Source: Amoebophrya sp. A120
Lineage: Eukaryota; Protista; Dinoflagellata
Length of the DNA: 64,000 bases
Assembly: GCA_905178155.1 (NCBI GenBank)
Contig: CAJINV010000026.1
Coordinates: 340,497 to 404,496 of the forward strand
Reading direction: 5' to 3'
The notes below the pieces were generated by a model. It saw only the letters and a list, made by a program, of their open reading frames with translations. It made no database searches and was not told the DNA's origin. The translations under genes were made by a program, and so were the position numbers. The first letter of the stretch is position 1; each line of letters begins with the position of its first letter. Shown piece by piece: positions 1 through 13,180 of this stretch.

Positions 1-563
1 GGGCTTTCTGCTAGTTTTCCCAACCGCTAACGTTGTGTTTACATACAGACTTGCATTTTTAGCCCAAGTTCGTAGGGGTATGAGCTCGCGCTCCTTTTAG
101 TTCGATTTCAGAAGACGAATGAGTTACATTGAAGCCTTTGCATATTCTAATTACTCCAAACATTCTTACTTAGTTTTGAGAAAGTGCGTGTCTGTTCCTG
201 CCTAGTCCTCTCTCTCTCTCTCTCAAGCATCACAACCGGCGCAGCCGAACTGTGCACGAAGTAAGTAGTTGCTTGTTTTGTCCCAGCGGACTTTTGTGAT
301 ATTGGGGCCGAATGAATGCCACGCCAGTTTATGGAATTATTCCGGCAGCTTTTGAAATAAAACAAGAATCGTAACAAAATTCCACAAAAACTGTTCGCTT
401 CATATTGATTACCTGCGGGTGACGTTGATTTGAGAAAAAACGCCATCTTCGGGGCTTTCTTACATTTATTTTTCCATAAACGCAAAAGCGCTCTTCGACG
501 AAATTTTCCCTACTAGAGGAACGTAAGTGAAGGTCGAAAGCGTGGTGGCGTTTTTTCTGGATA

Positions 564-801
564 CAGGTTTCCTAATCAACAAAAACTTTGTATCTGTGCC
601 CATTATCTGGACGAGGGAATCGTGATGGTAACTTTCTGTGCAGGTTTCCTAATCAACAAAAACTTTGCATCTGTTCCCATTATGATTATCTGGACGAGGG
701 AATCGTGATGATAACTTTCTGTGTAGGTTTCCTAATCAACAAAAACTTTGTATCTGTCCCCATTATCTGGACGAGGAAATCGTGATGATAACTTTCTGTG
801 C
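564..801. repeat. Tandem repeat, 3 copies of ~77 bp
   Basis: (c/t)aggtttcctaatcaacaaaaactttg... starts at 564, 641 and 724; the second copy has a 6-bp insertion. Confidence 0.9.
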
Positions 802-1077
802 AAAGAAGAGCCTTCATTTAATTTCATTTCACGGCAATCGTATTTTCTAGGAATCTGCGTTTTGAAGATGAGTAATAGCAATGGCACAGCTGTTCATTTT
901 GTTATAAAACTATTTAAATAATCTCAAACAGAAGCTCTTTATCCGCAAATCACGAATGCGTGTTTCTCTAGTTTTGTATTTTGAAACCATAATCTCAAGC
1001 TGCAACTTTGCTTCGACTCTGATAAAACTGAGACATTCTTTTCGGAAGTCCCCACGTATATGAGACGAAGAAGTCGC

Positions 1078-4000
1078 TCACTTAGCCGACTCCCCGGCAT
1101 CCTCAAACTTCCTCCCATCCACCTTGCCGTGGTGCCTCTCGGCCTCACCACTGGCAATATCCGACGCAAAAATAATGCCATGGTCATACATCCTTATATA
1201 TTATTTGTACACTCCCGCTTATTCTACGACATGATCCATGCGAGATCCTCTTCATGGCTACAAGAATCGGTCGTTTTTTTTTCACAAAGCAACGGGACTT
1301 TCACTGACTCGTTCCCAGCCACTCACGATACGAAGTCAGCCGTGCGAGGTGGAAAAGAGCATCTTCGTTACTCAGCAGAAACCAATTTCTGTGTTCGCGT
1401 AGACATGACTTATTGTTGCAGATCATGCCGTAGACCACAACAGTGCTCTGGTATGACCATAAAAAATTTTGTGCAACATAAGCAGTCTTTACAGCCCTTT
1501 CGCAGCTACGCTGCAGCTGAAAAACCGCGAAATTATCCGCGTATCATAGTCAAACTCCTTCCAGTCCTGGACACATACAAGATCTTGTGTGCTATATATT
1601 TGTAGCATGCGCGAAGTTGAGATAATCGTCAAAGGCCTGCGAAAATATGCTAATCACAATGTCCAAATGACATCGTACACCTTCTGCCTGGGACGGAGAA
1701 GTCTTTTGGCTATGATACCGGGTTGGTTGATGCGATCAGAGCGTACTTCGCTGATTTCCAGCGCTTGTCGATCTCGCTTTTTACCGGTACCGATCCGCTG
1801 CTTGCATCCAATCCCCACAGCAGATCGCATCCTGTCAAAAAACGTACCCACCCAGTACTCGACATGGGAACTCTGCAACGCAATACAAACTGTTGAGCAG
1901 CCGTGGGAGTTGTGCATAGCACTTTTGGGTCCGCAGTGTAGTGAAGTTTGGCTTCAATGGTCACATTGGTCGTTTCTCAGAATCCGCTTTCTTATCCTGA
2001 TTCGCGCATGACAACATCCTTAACAGCACTAATGACATGCACACCTGGGCCTTCTCATCTTCACTTCTGCACATGCCAGATTTACAGAACAACTCTAGAT
2101 GGGTGGGGACGTTTTTGTGCAGGATAGGTTCGTCAGATGCGTCACTGTATCAACTGCAAAAGTGTCTGGGTCTGGAAGATTCTGAAACCAGACTTGTCAT
2201 GCAAGTTTTGCATAAGCAGTGACGTCTCTGATGCATGCCCTAGCACAAGAGATTTTTTGAGGGCTTCTGGATGCGTATTTCGCATGACAAATGCCCTCTT
2301 CCCCTAGGAAAAAATACACTCGCTTTGCTGCTCATGCATTACAGATTTTTTCGGAATCCAAATGCAGCATCACAAGTTCCATCCTTCCAGACGCAGACAC
2401 TTTTGCATTTGATACACTGCGGTGTGGAGGGCAGCTGCGTGCGGGAGAAGGCGGGTCCTGGAGAAAAATGCGACCTGTACGAGCATTGGCATCTTTTGTT
2501 TTCCTGGTTTCCCGGCCCCCAGGAAAAAAAATACCCTCACACTGGTAAATTTGCACCTGCGCGAACAAATCCGGCATGCCCATAAACATAGTTGTCGCTG
2601 TCATGATACCAAGTCCGATTATTACCGATCGGAGTGATAGCTGTGTTCGTGTCGTGCTCAGTGCAGGTAGAACAAGTTTTCGTTTCTGAGACCAAAAAAT
2701 CACAGATGTCAAAGCTGGTAGAGGTCCACGTTAGCACACGATAAATGGAAACTGCCGCTTTAACTGCTCCCGCTGCTGCTCCACGACGATCAGCTCTGTG
2801 GCCAACTGGGTTCTGGCCGCAGCTTATCAAAATGAAATCGCCCCCTCTGCATCGTGAAATTTGAAGTGAATGTGTAATCACAGGCGAGTTCGCAATTGTC
2901 ATGCGTACTTAGGAGGCCCTTCCTCGCGAAGGCTCCTGAAGTAAGCACTTCAAGTTGCTGCCCATTCCGCTGAAGTTTTATCGTCGTCATGCATGGAAGA
3001 TTTCCTTCAGCGCATGCAGAGGGCGACATTTCATTTTGATACAGATTTATCGTGTTCTAAAAATTTTTTCACAACGACACTTTCCTCTATCGTACAGAAA
3101 AATGCACTCGTGCTTATCTCGAGATTGCACAGCGAAACTTAAAAACTCGGATGTTTAGCGAAGATGAATCCTACAGCACTATCATAGGCGTAAATAAGAA
3201 GTCAGTGAGGAATGTTCTGCTCACGCATTCTCGTTTCATGCAACGTAAAACCCGAAAGCAGATAACTGGTCAATCAATTGAAGTAGATATTAGAGTGCGT
3301 TTTTCATTCGATATGGAACTCTTTTAGATCCTCATGCTATGCATTGCAAATATTTCCTGGAGTCTGCAACAGTGGGATGGATGCCTGTTGGCTGGTGTGG
3401 TTGTACTTAGTACCCTCTGGCATGTGGTTGGTACGATCATACTTGTGATTGGCTTCTTGTGGTTGGTACGATCATACTTAACGCGACCTGTCATCATAAT
3501 GTACGTGGATCCCGCAAGACAAAATGACAAAAACCAATATCAGACTTGGCTGTGCAGTGTAGTCTACAAGACTGTTCATCGTCCACGACGATCTCGTATG
3601 ATCACTTTGTTGCAAACCCAGGGATAATATTTGCAGTGCGTAAACGGAGAGTCTGCACGTCGTTCTCTACGGTCGTCACACGCTCCCCTTGTTTCTTCAG
3701 CTCGGATTTTTGTTCCTGCAGCTCGGATTTGGTGTTCCCGTGCTCCGTGTATCAAATTGAAAAACTTCGCCTTCATGCCACTTGCAACATCTTAATGCAA
3801 GTCCAGCTTTGGACGCGATAAAAGTAAGTGTTCCCCGCGCATCTAGTCTCTACTTGTTTTCTATGATGCAAAGTCGTTTTGCGACACATCTCACCTAAAA
3901 ACGATACTCCATACACGCACTGTTCTCATCGAAACCAGGAGGGGTGTATATAAAAAAACCACGAGTTGTTCCTTCTTAGTTGCATCACACAGGCAGCATG

Positions 4001-7000
4001 ATAATTATACAATTTTTCATTTGATAGCCCTTCCAGGGTGCCTACCCGGTTCTCGAGACACACGATCTTGCTTCTCATGTCCTTGAGTAAGGCTTGCATT
4101 TCCATCTCCGGAGCCCCAGAAACCTGCAGAAGATGTGGAAATTTTCTCTCCTGAGAGAAGTCGCATGCGAGTGTGGTCATGCCGGATATCACATGCAACG
4201 TTGACGCCCAGTTCTACTCATAGATTCTGCATGTGCAACAAATCATCTTGTGAATAGATACCTCTTCGTGTGGAACGGGCATCGACGACGTGGTTGAGCT
4301 TCGTCTGCTAGAGGTGAAGGTCGGGGCCGGCCCGATCGCAGTACTGTCCGTTTCTGGTTCCGCCGTTGCAGATTTTGGCCCCTGGTGGAAGGTCGGTGCC
4401 GCGAACTGCATCTGCGATCTGGGCGCGTCCAGCAGGTTGTGCAACATTTCTTTCGAGAGCCCACCGTGTCCACTTTTCGTTGTGGTCTGATCATCCGCCG
4501 GTGCCCACAAAAGCTCCGTCACATCGGATTTCAGCAACGGTTCCACCTCCCCTTGACGGTCCAAAATCCGCCTTGGATGCTGCGGCTCGGGTAGAAACGT
4601 AACCTGGAGTTCGTTTATAATTTTTTTTCATGCCATTTTTTCTGTGCTGCAGCGCGGATCTGAAGCTGGATCCGAAAACCATATTCTGTCGAGGAAAGAC
4701 TGCGTGCTGCTTGAGAAAATGAAATGCTGTTTTTCAAACCATTATCCCCGAAGGTGACCTCGAGAGAATTCAATAGTACGTGTTCGTTCGCCACCGGTCC
4801 CAAACACTCATGCACAGTCGGGGGCAGTTCCAGTTGCAGTTCACCGCTCGGGGCACCAAATTTTGAGCCATCGTTCCGGAAGGCACGCACCTGCAAACCG
4901 TTAGGAAGGAGGCTTCGGTGGAAATTCATGCAGGTTGTTTTAACGAAAAAGGAAGATGGAAACTTCAGCAGAGTTGTATTGCACCATGAGCTACAACAAG
5001 ATAGTAGCTCACCTCGTTGCCCGACGACGTGTGCGCGTGTGGCTGCTCCGTTTGCGTTTTTCTACTAGGCGCAACCAGTTTGCTGTTCGATTTCCTGTTC
5101 GAGGGACCACCAGCAGCGGACGGTGGCGGTGTGGCTCCGGCGGTACGACCAGGTACCTATTTCAAAAGTTGTTCGTAAATGAAGCTACTTTCCCGGGACA
5201 AATTTCGGAGGTTGCAAATGCATTATGCACGACATTCCGAGCTTCTAGCTACACTGCAAGCAAAATGCTCATCGACACAGAAGAAGCCCTTCGGGAGATC
5301 TCTCATGCTCGCAACCAATGCTCCGGAGAAGCCGTACCTGGCCCGGGTGGCTCAACGTTGCAGGCCTCTCCGCAACTGGTTGGACTAATCCTCCATGGCT
5401 TCCCCCTCCTTCTGCAAAGACGTGCGAAGAAGACGCCGTGGCAGGTTCCTGGAAGATGTTGAAGAAAATACTATAATTGAGACGTTAGGGTTCCTGCATG
5501 TGTACTTCTTTGTGCATGATCTGCGCTACCAGGACTACCTGGAGCGACTGTCTCCTTGAAGCATAATGAAAAAAATACCGGCCCCGTAGCCAAGCCAGGA
5601 TCCTTTTGCTGCACATGCTTGGCCTTCAGCTGCAAGCACACGTCACTGCGGTTGCTGCTCGCCGTTTTGATACAGATTTTGCCGTCAAAATTTGCTAAAT
5701 CCCGGACTTATCCAGTGCAAATATCTCGGTGTCTGGAAGGGAGCAAAGTTTGTCATGCATTTCGTGGGCCGCCACAAAGATAGTATGGAATGCAACACAA
5801 AGCATTACAGAAGGCACAAGAGCTGCTTAAATGCCTAGTCCCCATGAAAAATTTTTCTTTTGTGTGACAAGAAGCAGCTCACTTTTGTGGCTCATGCAAC
5901 CCAGAGTTTTGCACGATTCAGATTTAGCATGACAAGTTTGGAGCCTTCCAGACCCAGGCATATTTGCACCTGATAGGATGGCGAAGCGGGACACGTGTGT
6001 CACCTTGTAGTTGGATGTGGTCGTGTGATGAAATCAGCGATACATTGCAAATATGTCTGGGTATGGAAGATTGCAAGCAAATAAGACTCTGGTGCTTGTC
6101 TGGCACGCCCGTGCGGATTCTTGTCATGCATGTTACGAGGCCTCAGCCTCACGCCAACTCGTTTGCGTTGCAAAGATGCGGCAGAGACACCACCGCGGTC
6201 CCCAACAACGTGTCATGCCTGGGTACCTATTGTGGTGCGTTCGGCGTTCTTCATGGGTTAGCATGACAATTTTCAAAGCCCAGACACATTTGTCGTGCAT
6301 ACAAGCAGTACTCGATGACGACTTCCAAGACGTCATGGGCAAGCGATTCGAAGTATTGGGAGGAAAAATCGCCGTTCCCCAGTTTCAAGAGCAAATTTGT
6401 GATGCGCAATCCGTGTAGCCAAAAACTTATCGACAGACTTGAATTGCTAGAAGGCCAAGAGACGCACTTGTGGCCTCAATCGCAGGCAATTTGTCATGCT
6501 ATTCTCAGCAGCCCAGCTCTATCCTGTCATGCTCCTGAGGACAAGAGGCTATCCAGTGCCAGCCAAGACCACAATCCGCACCTCTTCCGTTCTGGCACGA
6601 CAAGCTGATTTTTGATCACAAATCACCCTACACAAATCTCCTTTTGAATGCGGGGAGGGAAGTTTTGCATTTTGATACGCAGCTCAGGAAACAGCTTAGG
6701 TCTGGTCGACCGGGGTCACTTGCCGCTACTCCCGCCGAACCACACGCCCCAGTCCGCTCTGACGCCACCCCGCCGGGGATGATGCGCAGTTTGGCTCGGG
6801 AAGCCCTCGTGATCATTGGGCTGGTGGGGTGGACTTTGCTATGCACGGAAAATCTGTGGCTAGTGTCGGGGAAGGAACTGTTGTTTGGATTGCTCTTTCA
6901 TCGGGAGGAGAGAGAAGGCACGACACAGTTCTTGATCGCATGACAAGGCTCATTTGTTTCGTTCTGCACAGCAAAAGGTATCAGTGTCCGATGCTCTATC

Positions 7001-7488
7001 AGTACGACACCAAACATCAACCTAGGATGTTTCTTCGCAATGCTCCTGTCTACCGAGTCAACGTCTATTTGTTCCAGAAGCTGATCGTTGTGCTAATGTG
7101 TCCACTGGTGTGCAGACCGAAATATGAAGACCAGCAAGACAAACTCCGGCGTTTCCCTGACACAGGCGTTGTTTTCCGGCGTACTTTTCCAGGCCCGAGA
7201 GGTGTAGTTGCAGTCCGGGTCCATTCGCGTCTTGGCCACCGATGGACGGGTCATTGCAACGAGTTCGAATCTGGCCTGCCGGAACCTTCGAGCGGAACAT
7301 TTTTGTGGTTGTGAAATATTTTTATGCTCAAACGATTCTTCACAATGAAGATGGATGAGTTGCCATTCGCTGTCACCTTCAGCCAACAAAGTCGTTTGGT
7401 CACACGAAAAAAAAAATCGTAAGCGTACCTGACTTTTTCCTCGATCGCTCCCAAAAGCGGCGCTAACCGGACTGGTTTTATGCAGCAC
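1078..7488 (-). CDS. Multi-exon gene (or two genes) of unknown function with a coiled-coil segment, interrupted by introners
   Basis: Removing elements 6840-7116, 6354-6677, 6039-6301 and 5709-5975 (+5 nt each) gives ...FVLLVFIFRVHPTSP...LSCFLSCESLAHDVLEVVIEYCLFHHTTTSNYKVTHVSRFAIRDLANFDGKICIK.... There is a coiled-coil exon near 3650-3745 (TKSELQEQKSELKKQGERVTTVENDVQTLR) and a last exon ...HHGKVDGRKFEDAGESAK* ending at 1078. Not all junctions are resolved. Confidence 0.5.
2148..2414. mobile_element. Introner, family 1 (TATCAAATGCAAAAATGTCTGGGTCTGGAAG-type TIR)
   Basis: ~31-bp terminal inverted repeats; direct repeat cactg on both sides. Confidence 0.9.
2825..3041. mobile_element. Introner, distinct TIR family (tatcaaaatgaaatcgccccctctgcat)
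   Basis: Right end atgcagagggcgacatttcattttgata; direct repeats cagct/cagat. Confidence 0.8.
3338..4026. mobile_element. Two degenerate introners (3338-3642 and 3750-4026)
   Basis: tatgcattgcaaatat...atatttgcagtgcgta and tatcaaattgaaaaa...tttttcatttgata ends flank the short coiled-coil exon; direct repeats have decayed. Confidence 0.6.
5709..7116. mobile_element. Four introners (5709-5975, 6039-6301, 6354-6677, 6840-7116)
   Basis: Terminal inverted repeats; direct repeats ggact/ggatg, tcagc/caagc, cgaag/cgcag and one decayed pair; removing each element +5 nt keeps the minus-strand frame open. Confidence 0.75.
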
Positions 7489-8329
7489 GCGCGCTGGCGG
7501 GGCTGCACTGTGACGAGTCGTCCGCCGTATGACTTGAAGAAAAAACCATGTTTATCGCGCTCCTATTTTCATATACTTTTGTTTGAGTTGGCATGATTTC
7601 TTGCTACGCATCACAAATTTGCATCACATGATCAACTATACGGCGCATCTCCAGTGGCTGCATTTGAGACACGCCGACTATTCTTGGCACGACCGCGATA
7701 AAGATTTTGTTTTCACTTCCGATAACTTGCGAGATTACGTACGGGAGGTTGCCGTCGTTTGTGTGTGTGGTGGTCGTGTTGCTTCCGGGGGTGCCACGAC
7801 CATGCACGGCAGAGGCCTGCAGCCCTGGTCCCCGATGCCTCAACAACCCACGGCCTGCTAGTCGTACGGGGGGCGGGTCCATCTTCACCCACGAACGTTT
7901 TCTTTTTCTTTTTTTGAGTTGATTCGTCTATTACGTGGTAATTACAGTACGGAGATCATCATAGATGAATTATGAATGGTAAGAGTGCGCATCTGTTAGT
8001 AAGAGGTGGAGCTAGCACGCGCATCAGTGACGAGCTGCCGTGTGACAGCATTCGAGCAAGCAACACAAAGTTCCGATGTTCTGCTAGAGCATAAAGCGTT
8101 TCTCTCGTCCAGTATGAGGCACTACACCTGGAAGTGCGTATCTTCTCTCAGTGCTACCCTCGTTGCCTGACGCTCTGCTCTCGTGCGTCAATCGACAAAA
8201 ACGCATTTACGTATAAACCCGTACTCGATGGATAATGTATCGGGAACAAAGTAAAAATGGCGCAAATAAACAGTCTGCGCAGCCGCGTTGCGAAGGGGTA
8301 GCGACTTTTTTTAGACTTAATGCGAGCTC

Positions 8330-9865
8330 GTCTACGAGGTAAGTTACCCAGACGGAGTAGTAGTTCTGCGTGTTGCATGTGGTACACATTATCCTGGGTC
8401 GTTCTTCATAGTCCGCCCCGGGAGAGAAAGAAATCTTCTGGGGAAGTTACTTGCTCTGACTGGTTCCCGCTATCTTTCGTCTGGTACGCATTTTCTTCAA
8501 GGTTTCTGCGTATTCCGCTCCTGGTAAATGTTGCGGCTGCCGGGGAAATTACTTGCAGCTACTGCTTCTGCGTGTTGCAAGTGGTGCACATTATCCCGAG
8601 CTTTTTCTCGTAGTCTGCTCCGGAGAAGATCAAAACGCTCCGGGGAAGTTGCTTGATCTCGCTGCCCGCCAGTATCTGCTGCTGGTACGCATTTTCTTCA
8701 AGGTTTTTGCGTAGTCCGCGCCTGGTAAATGTTGCAGCTTCCGGGGAAATTACTCGTAGCTACTGCTTCGGCATGTTGCAAGTGGTGCGCATTATCCTGG
8801 AATTTTTTCCGCAGTCCGCCCCGGGAGAGAAAGAAATCTTCTGGGGAAGTTACTTGCTCTGACTGCTTCCCGCTATCTTCTTCTGGTACGCATTTTCTTC
8901 AAGGTTTTTGCGTATTCCGCTCCTGGTGAAAGTTGCAGCTGCCGGGGAAATTACTCGTAGCTACTGCTTCTGCATGTTGCAAGCGGTACGCATTATCCTG
9001 GTTCTTTCTTCGTAGTCCGCCCCGGGAGAAAAAGAAATCTTCTGGGCTAGTTACTTGCTCTGACTGCTTCCCGCTATCTTCTTCCGGTACGCATTTTCTG
9101 CCAGGTTTTTGCGTACTCCGCTCCTGGTAAAAGTTGCAGCTGCCGGGGAAATTACTCGGCGCTGCTGCTTCTGCATGTTGCAAGCGGTACGCATTATCCT
9201 GGCTCTTTCTTCGTAGTCCGCCCCGGGAGAAGAAGAAATCTTCTGGGCTAATTACTTGCTCTGACTGCTTCCCGCTATCTTCTTCCGGTACGCATTTTCT
9301 GCCAGGTTTTTGCGTACTCCGCTCCTGGTAAAAGTTGCAGCTGCCGGGGAAATTCCTCGGCGCTGCTGCTTCTGCATGTTGCAAGCGGTACGCATTATCC
9401 TGGCTCTTTCTTCGTAGTCCGCCCCGGGAGAAGAAGAAATCTTCTGGGCTAATTACTTGCTCTGACTGCTTCCCGCTATCTTCTTCTGGTACGCATTTTC
9501 TTCAAGGTTTTTGCGTATTCCGCTCCTGGAAAAAGTTGCAGCTGCCGGGGAAATTGCTCGTAGCTACTGCTTCTGCATGTTGCAAGCGGTACGCATTATC
9601 TTGGATCTTTTTTCGCAGTCCGCCACGGGAGAGAGTAAAATCTTCTGGGGAAGTTACTTGCTCTCGCTACTTACCGGCATCTTCTGCTGGTACGCATTTT
9701 CTTCAAAGCTTTTGCGTAGTCCGCTCCTGGTAGATGTTACAGCTTCCGGGGAAATTGCTCGCAGCTACTGCTTCTGCATGTTGCAAGCGGCACGCATTGT
9801 CCTGAGTTTTTTTTCGCAGTTCGCCCCGGGAGAGAACAAAACCTTCTGGGAAAATTACTTGCTCT
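8330..9865. repeat. Tandem satellite, ~201-bp unit, ~7.5 copies
   Basis: Near-identical ORF starts at 8933, 9134 and 9335 (period 201); the unit contains tttttgcgtattccgctcctggtaaaagttgcagctgccggggaaattact; outer copies are more diverged. Confidence 0.92.
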
Positions 9866-9959
9866 CACTGAGTGTTCATATCAGACACGAGTGTTCACAT
9901 CAGACACGAATGCTTTGGAATCACGACCGAAATCTGTTGAAGCCAAAATCTGTCTTGCG

Positions 9960-11120
9960 CAGGAATGCGGGCTTTGATCTTTGGATCCATCTGTCCCCTT
10001 GAAGTCATTTTTGCCAGGAGCTCAATCCGCAAAGAGGTACGATTTAAATAGTGAGCGGCTTCCCCCCCTGCAATCATCTGTCCCTTTGACATCTTTTTTT
10101 GCAGGGGCGGAAGCTGCGAACAAGCACAATTTAAATACACTGCGGGCTTTGGTCTTTGGCTCCATCTGTCCCCTTGAAGTCACTTTTGCCTGGAGCTGAA
10201 TCTGTAAAAAAAGCAGGATTTAAATACCCAGTAGCTTTCCCCCCCCATGCAGTCATCTGTCCCCTTGACGTCATTTTTTGCAGGGGCGGAATCTGCAAAA
10301 AAACACAATCTAAATACTCTGCGTGCATTGATCTTTGGCCCCATCTGTCCCCTTGAAGTCACTTTTGCCTGGAGCGGAATACGCGAAAAACCTCATTTTA
10401 AATATTTCGCAGTCTTGGCTTTTCCGTGCCATCTGTCCCCAAGATGTCACTTTTACCAGGAGCGAGATACGCAAAAAGCCTCATTGTAAATATTCTGCAG
10501 TCTTGGCTTTTCCGTGCCATCTGTCCCCAAGATGTCATTTTTACCAGGAGCGGAATACGCAAAAAGCCTCATTGTAAATATTCTGCAGTCTTGGCTTTTC
10601 CGTGCCATCTGTCCCCAAGATGTCATTTTTACTAGGAGCGTTATACGCAAAAAGCCTCATTGTAAATATTTTGCAGTCTTGGCTTTTCCGTGCCATCTGT
10701 CCCCAAAATGTCATTTTTACCAGGAGCGGAATACGCAAAAAACCTCATTTTAAATATTTTGCAGTCTTGGCTTTTCCGTGCCATCTGTCCCCAAGATGTC
10801 ACTTTTACCAGGAGCGATATACGCAAAAAGCCTCACTCTAAATATTTTGCAGATTTGGCTCTTCCGTGCCATCTGTCCCCAAGATGTCACTTTTACCAGG
10901 GGCGGAATACGCGAAAAGCCTCATATTAAATATTTTGCAGTCTTGGCTTTTCCGTGCCATCTGTCCCCAAGATGTCACTTTTACCTGGAGCGAAATACGC
11001 AAAAAGCCTCATTTTAAATATTTTGCAGTCTTGGCTTTTCCGTGCCATCTGTCCCCAAGATGTCACTTTTACCAGGGGCGGAATACGCAAAAAAACTCAT
11101 TTTAAATATTTTGCAGTCTT
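9960..11120. repeat. Tandem satellite, 88-bp unit, ~13 copies
   Basis: ccatctgtccccaagatgtcacttttaccaggagcggaatacgcaaaaagcctc... with ORF starts every 88 nt from 10426 to 10954; left copies are diverged. Confidence 0.93.
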
Positions 11121-11349
11121 AGCTGAAAAGCCGAAAGATTTTTGCAATACCTTTCGCGCATAGTATCTGTCTCTCGCGGTAAAAAATCAATGCCAATTTT
11201 CGTGTAGCATTACAAACTCAAACTTTTCCAGACCCACCAGGGATCGTTACAATGCGCAGTGGCTTGATTTGATCATTCAGTCTGCCTCACATCTAAGCGT
11301 AAGCATCTACAAATGCATGAACAGCTCCGGTCGAAAGAGTCATGAGAGC

Positions 11350-12772
11350 GCTACTGCCGGAAAACTCCTGAGAATGAAGAACAGAGACGCTGTAATTCCT
11401 CCGGCTCTTCCACTGAAGTCGAGACCCACGAAATTGAAGAGGTTTACGACGCGGACGGGAACCTGGTCTCCCGGAAATCCCGAACGAAAAACAGTCTGGA
11501 TGTATCCTGAGCAGAAACGCCCTCTCTCATAGTCAAGATGGGGAATCTGCTAGACAAATCAGCCAGCTTTGGGCGTTGCGCATGACACGTTTGGCCTCGT
11601 AGTGTAATCCTGTTGAGCTACTTCAGTAGCGTCACAGATGCAGCCTATTATTGGAGCATCACAAATTCCAAAACGCGACCAGAAATTGCTTGTCATGGGA
11701 CTATGCATGAGAAACATTTTCAGCATGCAGATTTGCATGACAGCCATGGGGAGGTGAGGACGTTTTTAAATAGGATAGGATGACCGGAAGGGCAGAGTGA
11801 AATACGGCATTTACAAGGAGCTCACTTCCAAGCTGGTGATGTCTCCCTGGGTATAGCCCGCTCAGGTGTTACAATCTCAAACGTTACAATAGAATATGGA
11901 AATCTGTGATGCAAGAGTGCATGATCTAGCCAATTCTCATAGGATTGCGCATGACAGGTCCCGGAGCACCAAACCCCACTACAATCTGGACAGCAGCATC
12001 ACAAAGACGCCTGCTCATCCTGTTTACAGCATTACAAAGCTTCCCGGAACACGGCTACAAATTGCTCTCCTGCGGATGTGCATTACAGATTTTTCTGTAG
12101 ATGCAAATCTGCATGACAGCTATGGGGTGGGGATGTTTTCAAATAGGATAGAAGACTCGAGCGACGAGACGGAGAAAAACGAGGAGAGCGGAGTTGGCGC
12201 TTCTGGAGAATACGACGAAGAGTACGACGCAAATGAAGATAATGTATCAAATGCAAAAATTTCTGGGTCTGGGAGACTCCGAGATTTGTCATGCAGTTTT
12301 TCCAAGCTCCCCCACGTCTGGAATGCAGGGCCTAGCGTCACAGGTTCTGCAACTCCTTGGTGATGCGTATTCTGCATGAGAAATGCCCTCTAAGCATGGC
12401 CAGAAGTGGGCACCTTTTGCACGTTTATGCATCACAGATCTTTGTAGGATCCGCAACACGCATCACAAGTTCGGATCCTTCCAGACCCAGACATTTTTGC
12501 ATTTGATATAACGGGGAGGAATACAACGATGAGGAGGGATACGGTGCCTCGGACGCGGGCTACAGTGCCGGGGGATACGGACAATCCGATGGGCAGATGT
12601 CGGAGTACGTATCCCACGAAAAAACTGTTTCACTGTGACGATTTTGCAAGATCTGCACCACAAGTTTGTTACACATGACAAAGACAACTTGGCATGCGTG
12701 CTTCCTAAGGGAATGAAGAAAAAGCGGAAAACTCCTGAGAATGAAGAACAGAGACGCTCGCGTTCCTCTTGA
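11350..12772 (+). pseudogene. Plus-strand acidic protein gene fragment, probably rearranged
   Basis: Spliced frame RKTPENEEQRRCNSSGSSTEVETHEIEEVYDADGNLVSRKSRTKNSLD|DRKGRVKYGIYKELTSKLVMSPW ... DEEYDANEDN|GEEYNDEEGYGASDAGY. There is an in-frame stop just upstream and a truncated introner at 12610. Confidence 0.45.
11503..12508. mobile_element. Three introners (11503-11777, 11852-12150, 12245-12508)
   Basis: Direct repeats ggatg/ggatg and taatg/taacg; the middle copy has a decayed left end; TIR families 2 and 1. Confidence 0.8.
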
Positions 12773-13180
12773 TACGTGTTTCAGGACGTCGGGCTCGTCA
12801 GTGCCAATACGTCCTGCTTCTAGACGTCGGCAGAGTTTTTTTTTCGTTTTCCTTTTTTTTTTGTGTGAGAAAAAAACTCCAGTCGTGTCCCAAGGAACTA
12901 CTTGATATATAATCCGGAGGCGTCGCATGCTTCAGTCGTCCGTGCAACGTATTTACAGCACCAAGAAGCAAAAGCAAGAACAAGTAGCGGCTGTATATAA
13001 TTTTCCTCGTACAAAGGGAAAGGCTAAGTGAAAATAAAGGCACATGGCATTAAACGTCGTAAGGGTCGTGAGGAAGCGAAAAATGCGATTATAAGAACCG
13101 TTCCACTATAATCGGTTTCGATACGGTTTGTTTCTGTCGCTTTGTGTCGCTGCGGCTATCCAAGTTTAGGATTAGGTCTA

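Noticed and set aside
8330-11120. Regular repeats resembling a CRISPR array, with many short repeated ORFs
   Set aside because: Whole units repeat with no unique spacers, there are no cas genes, and the context is eukaryotic; the ORFs are by-products of the satellite
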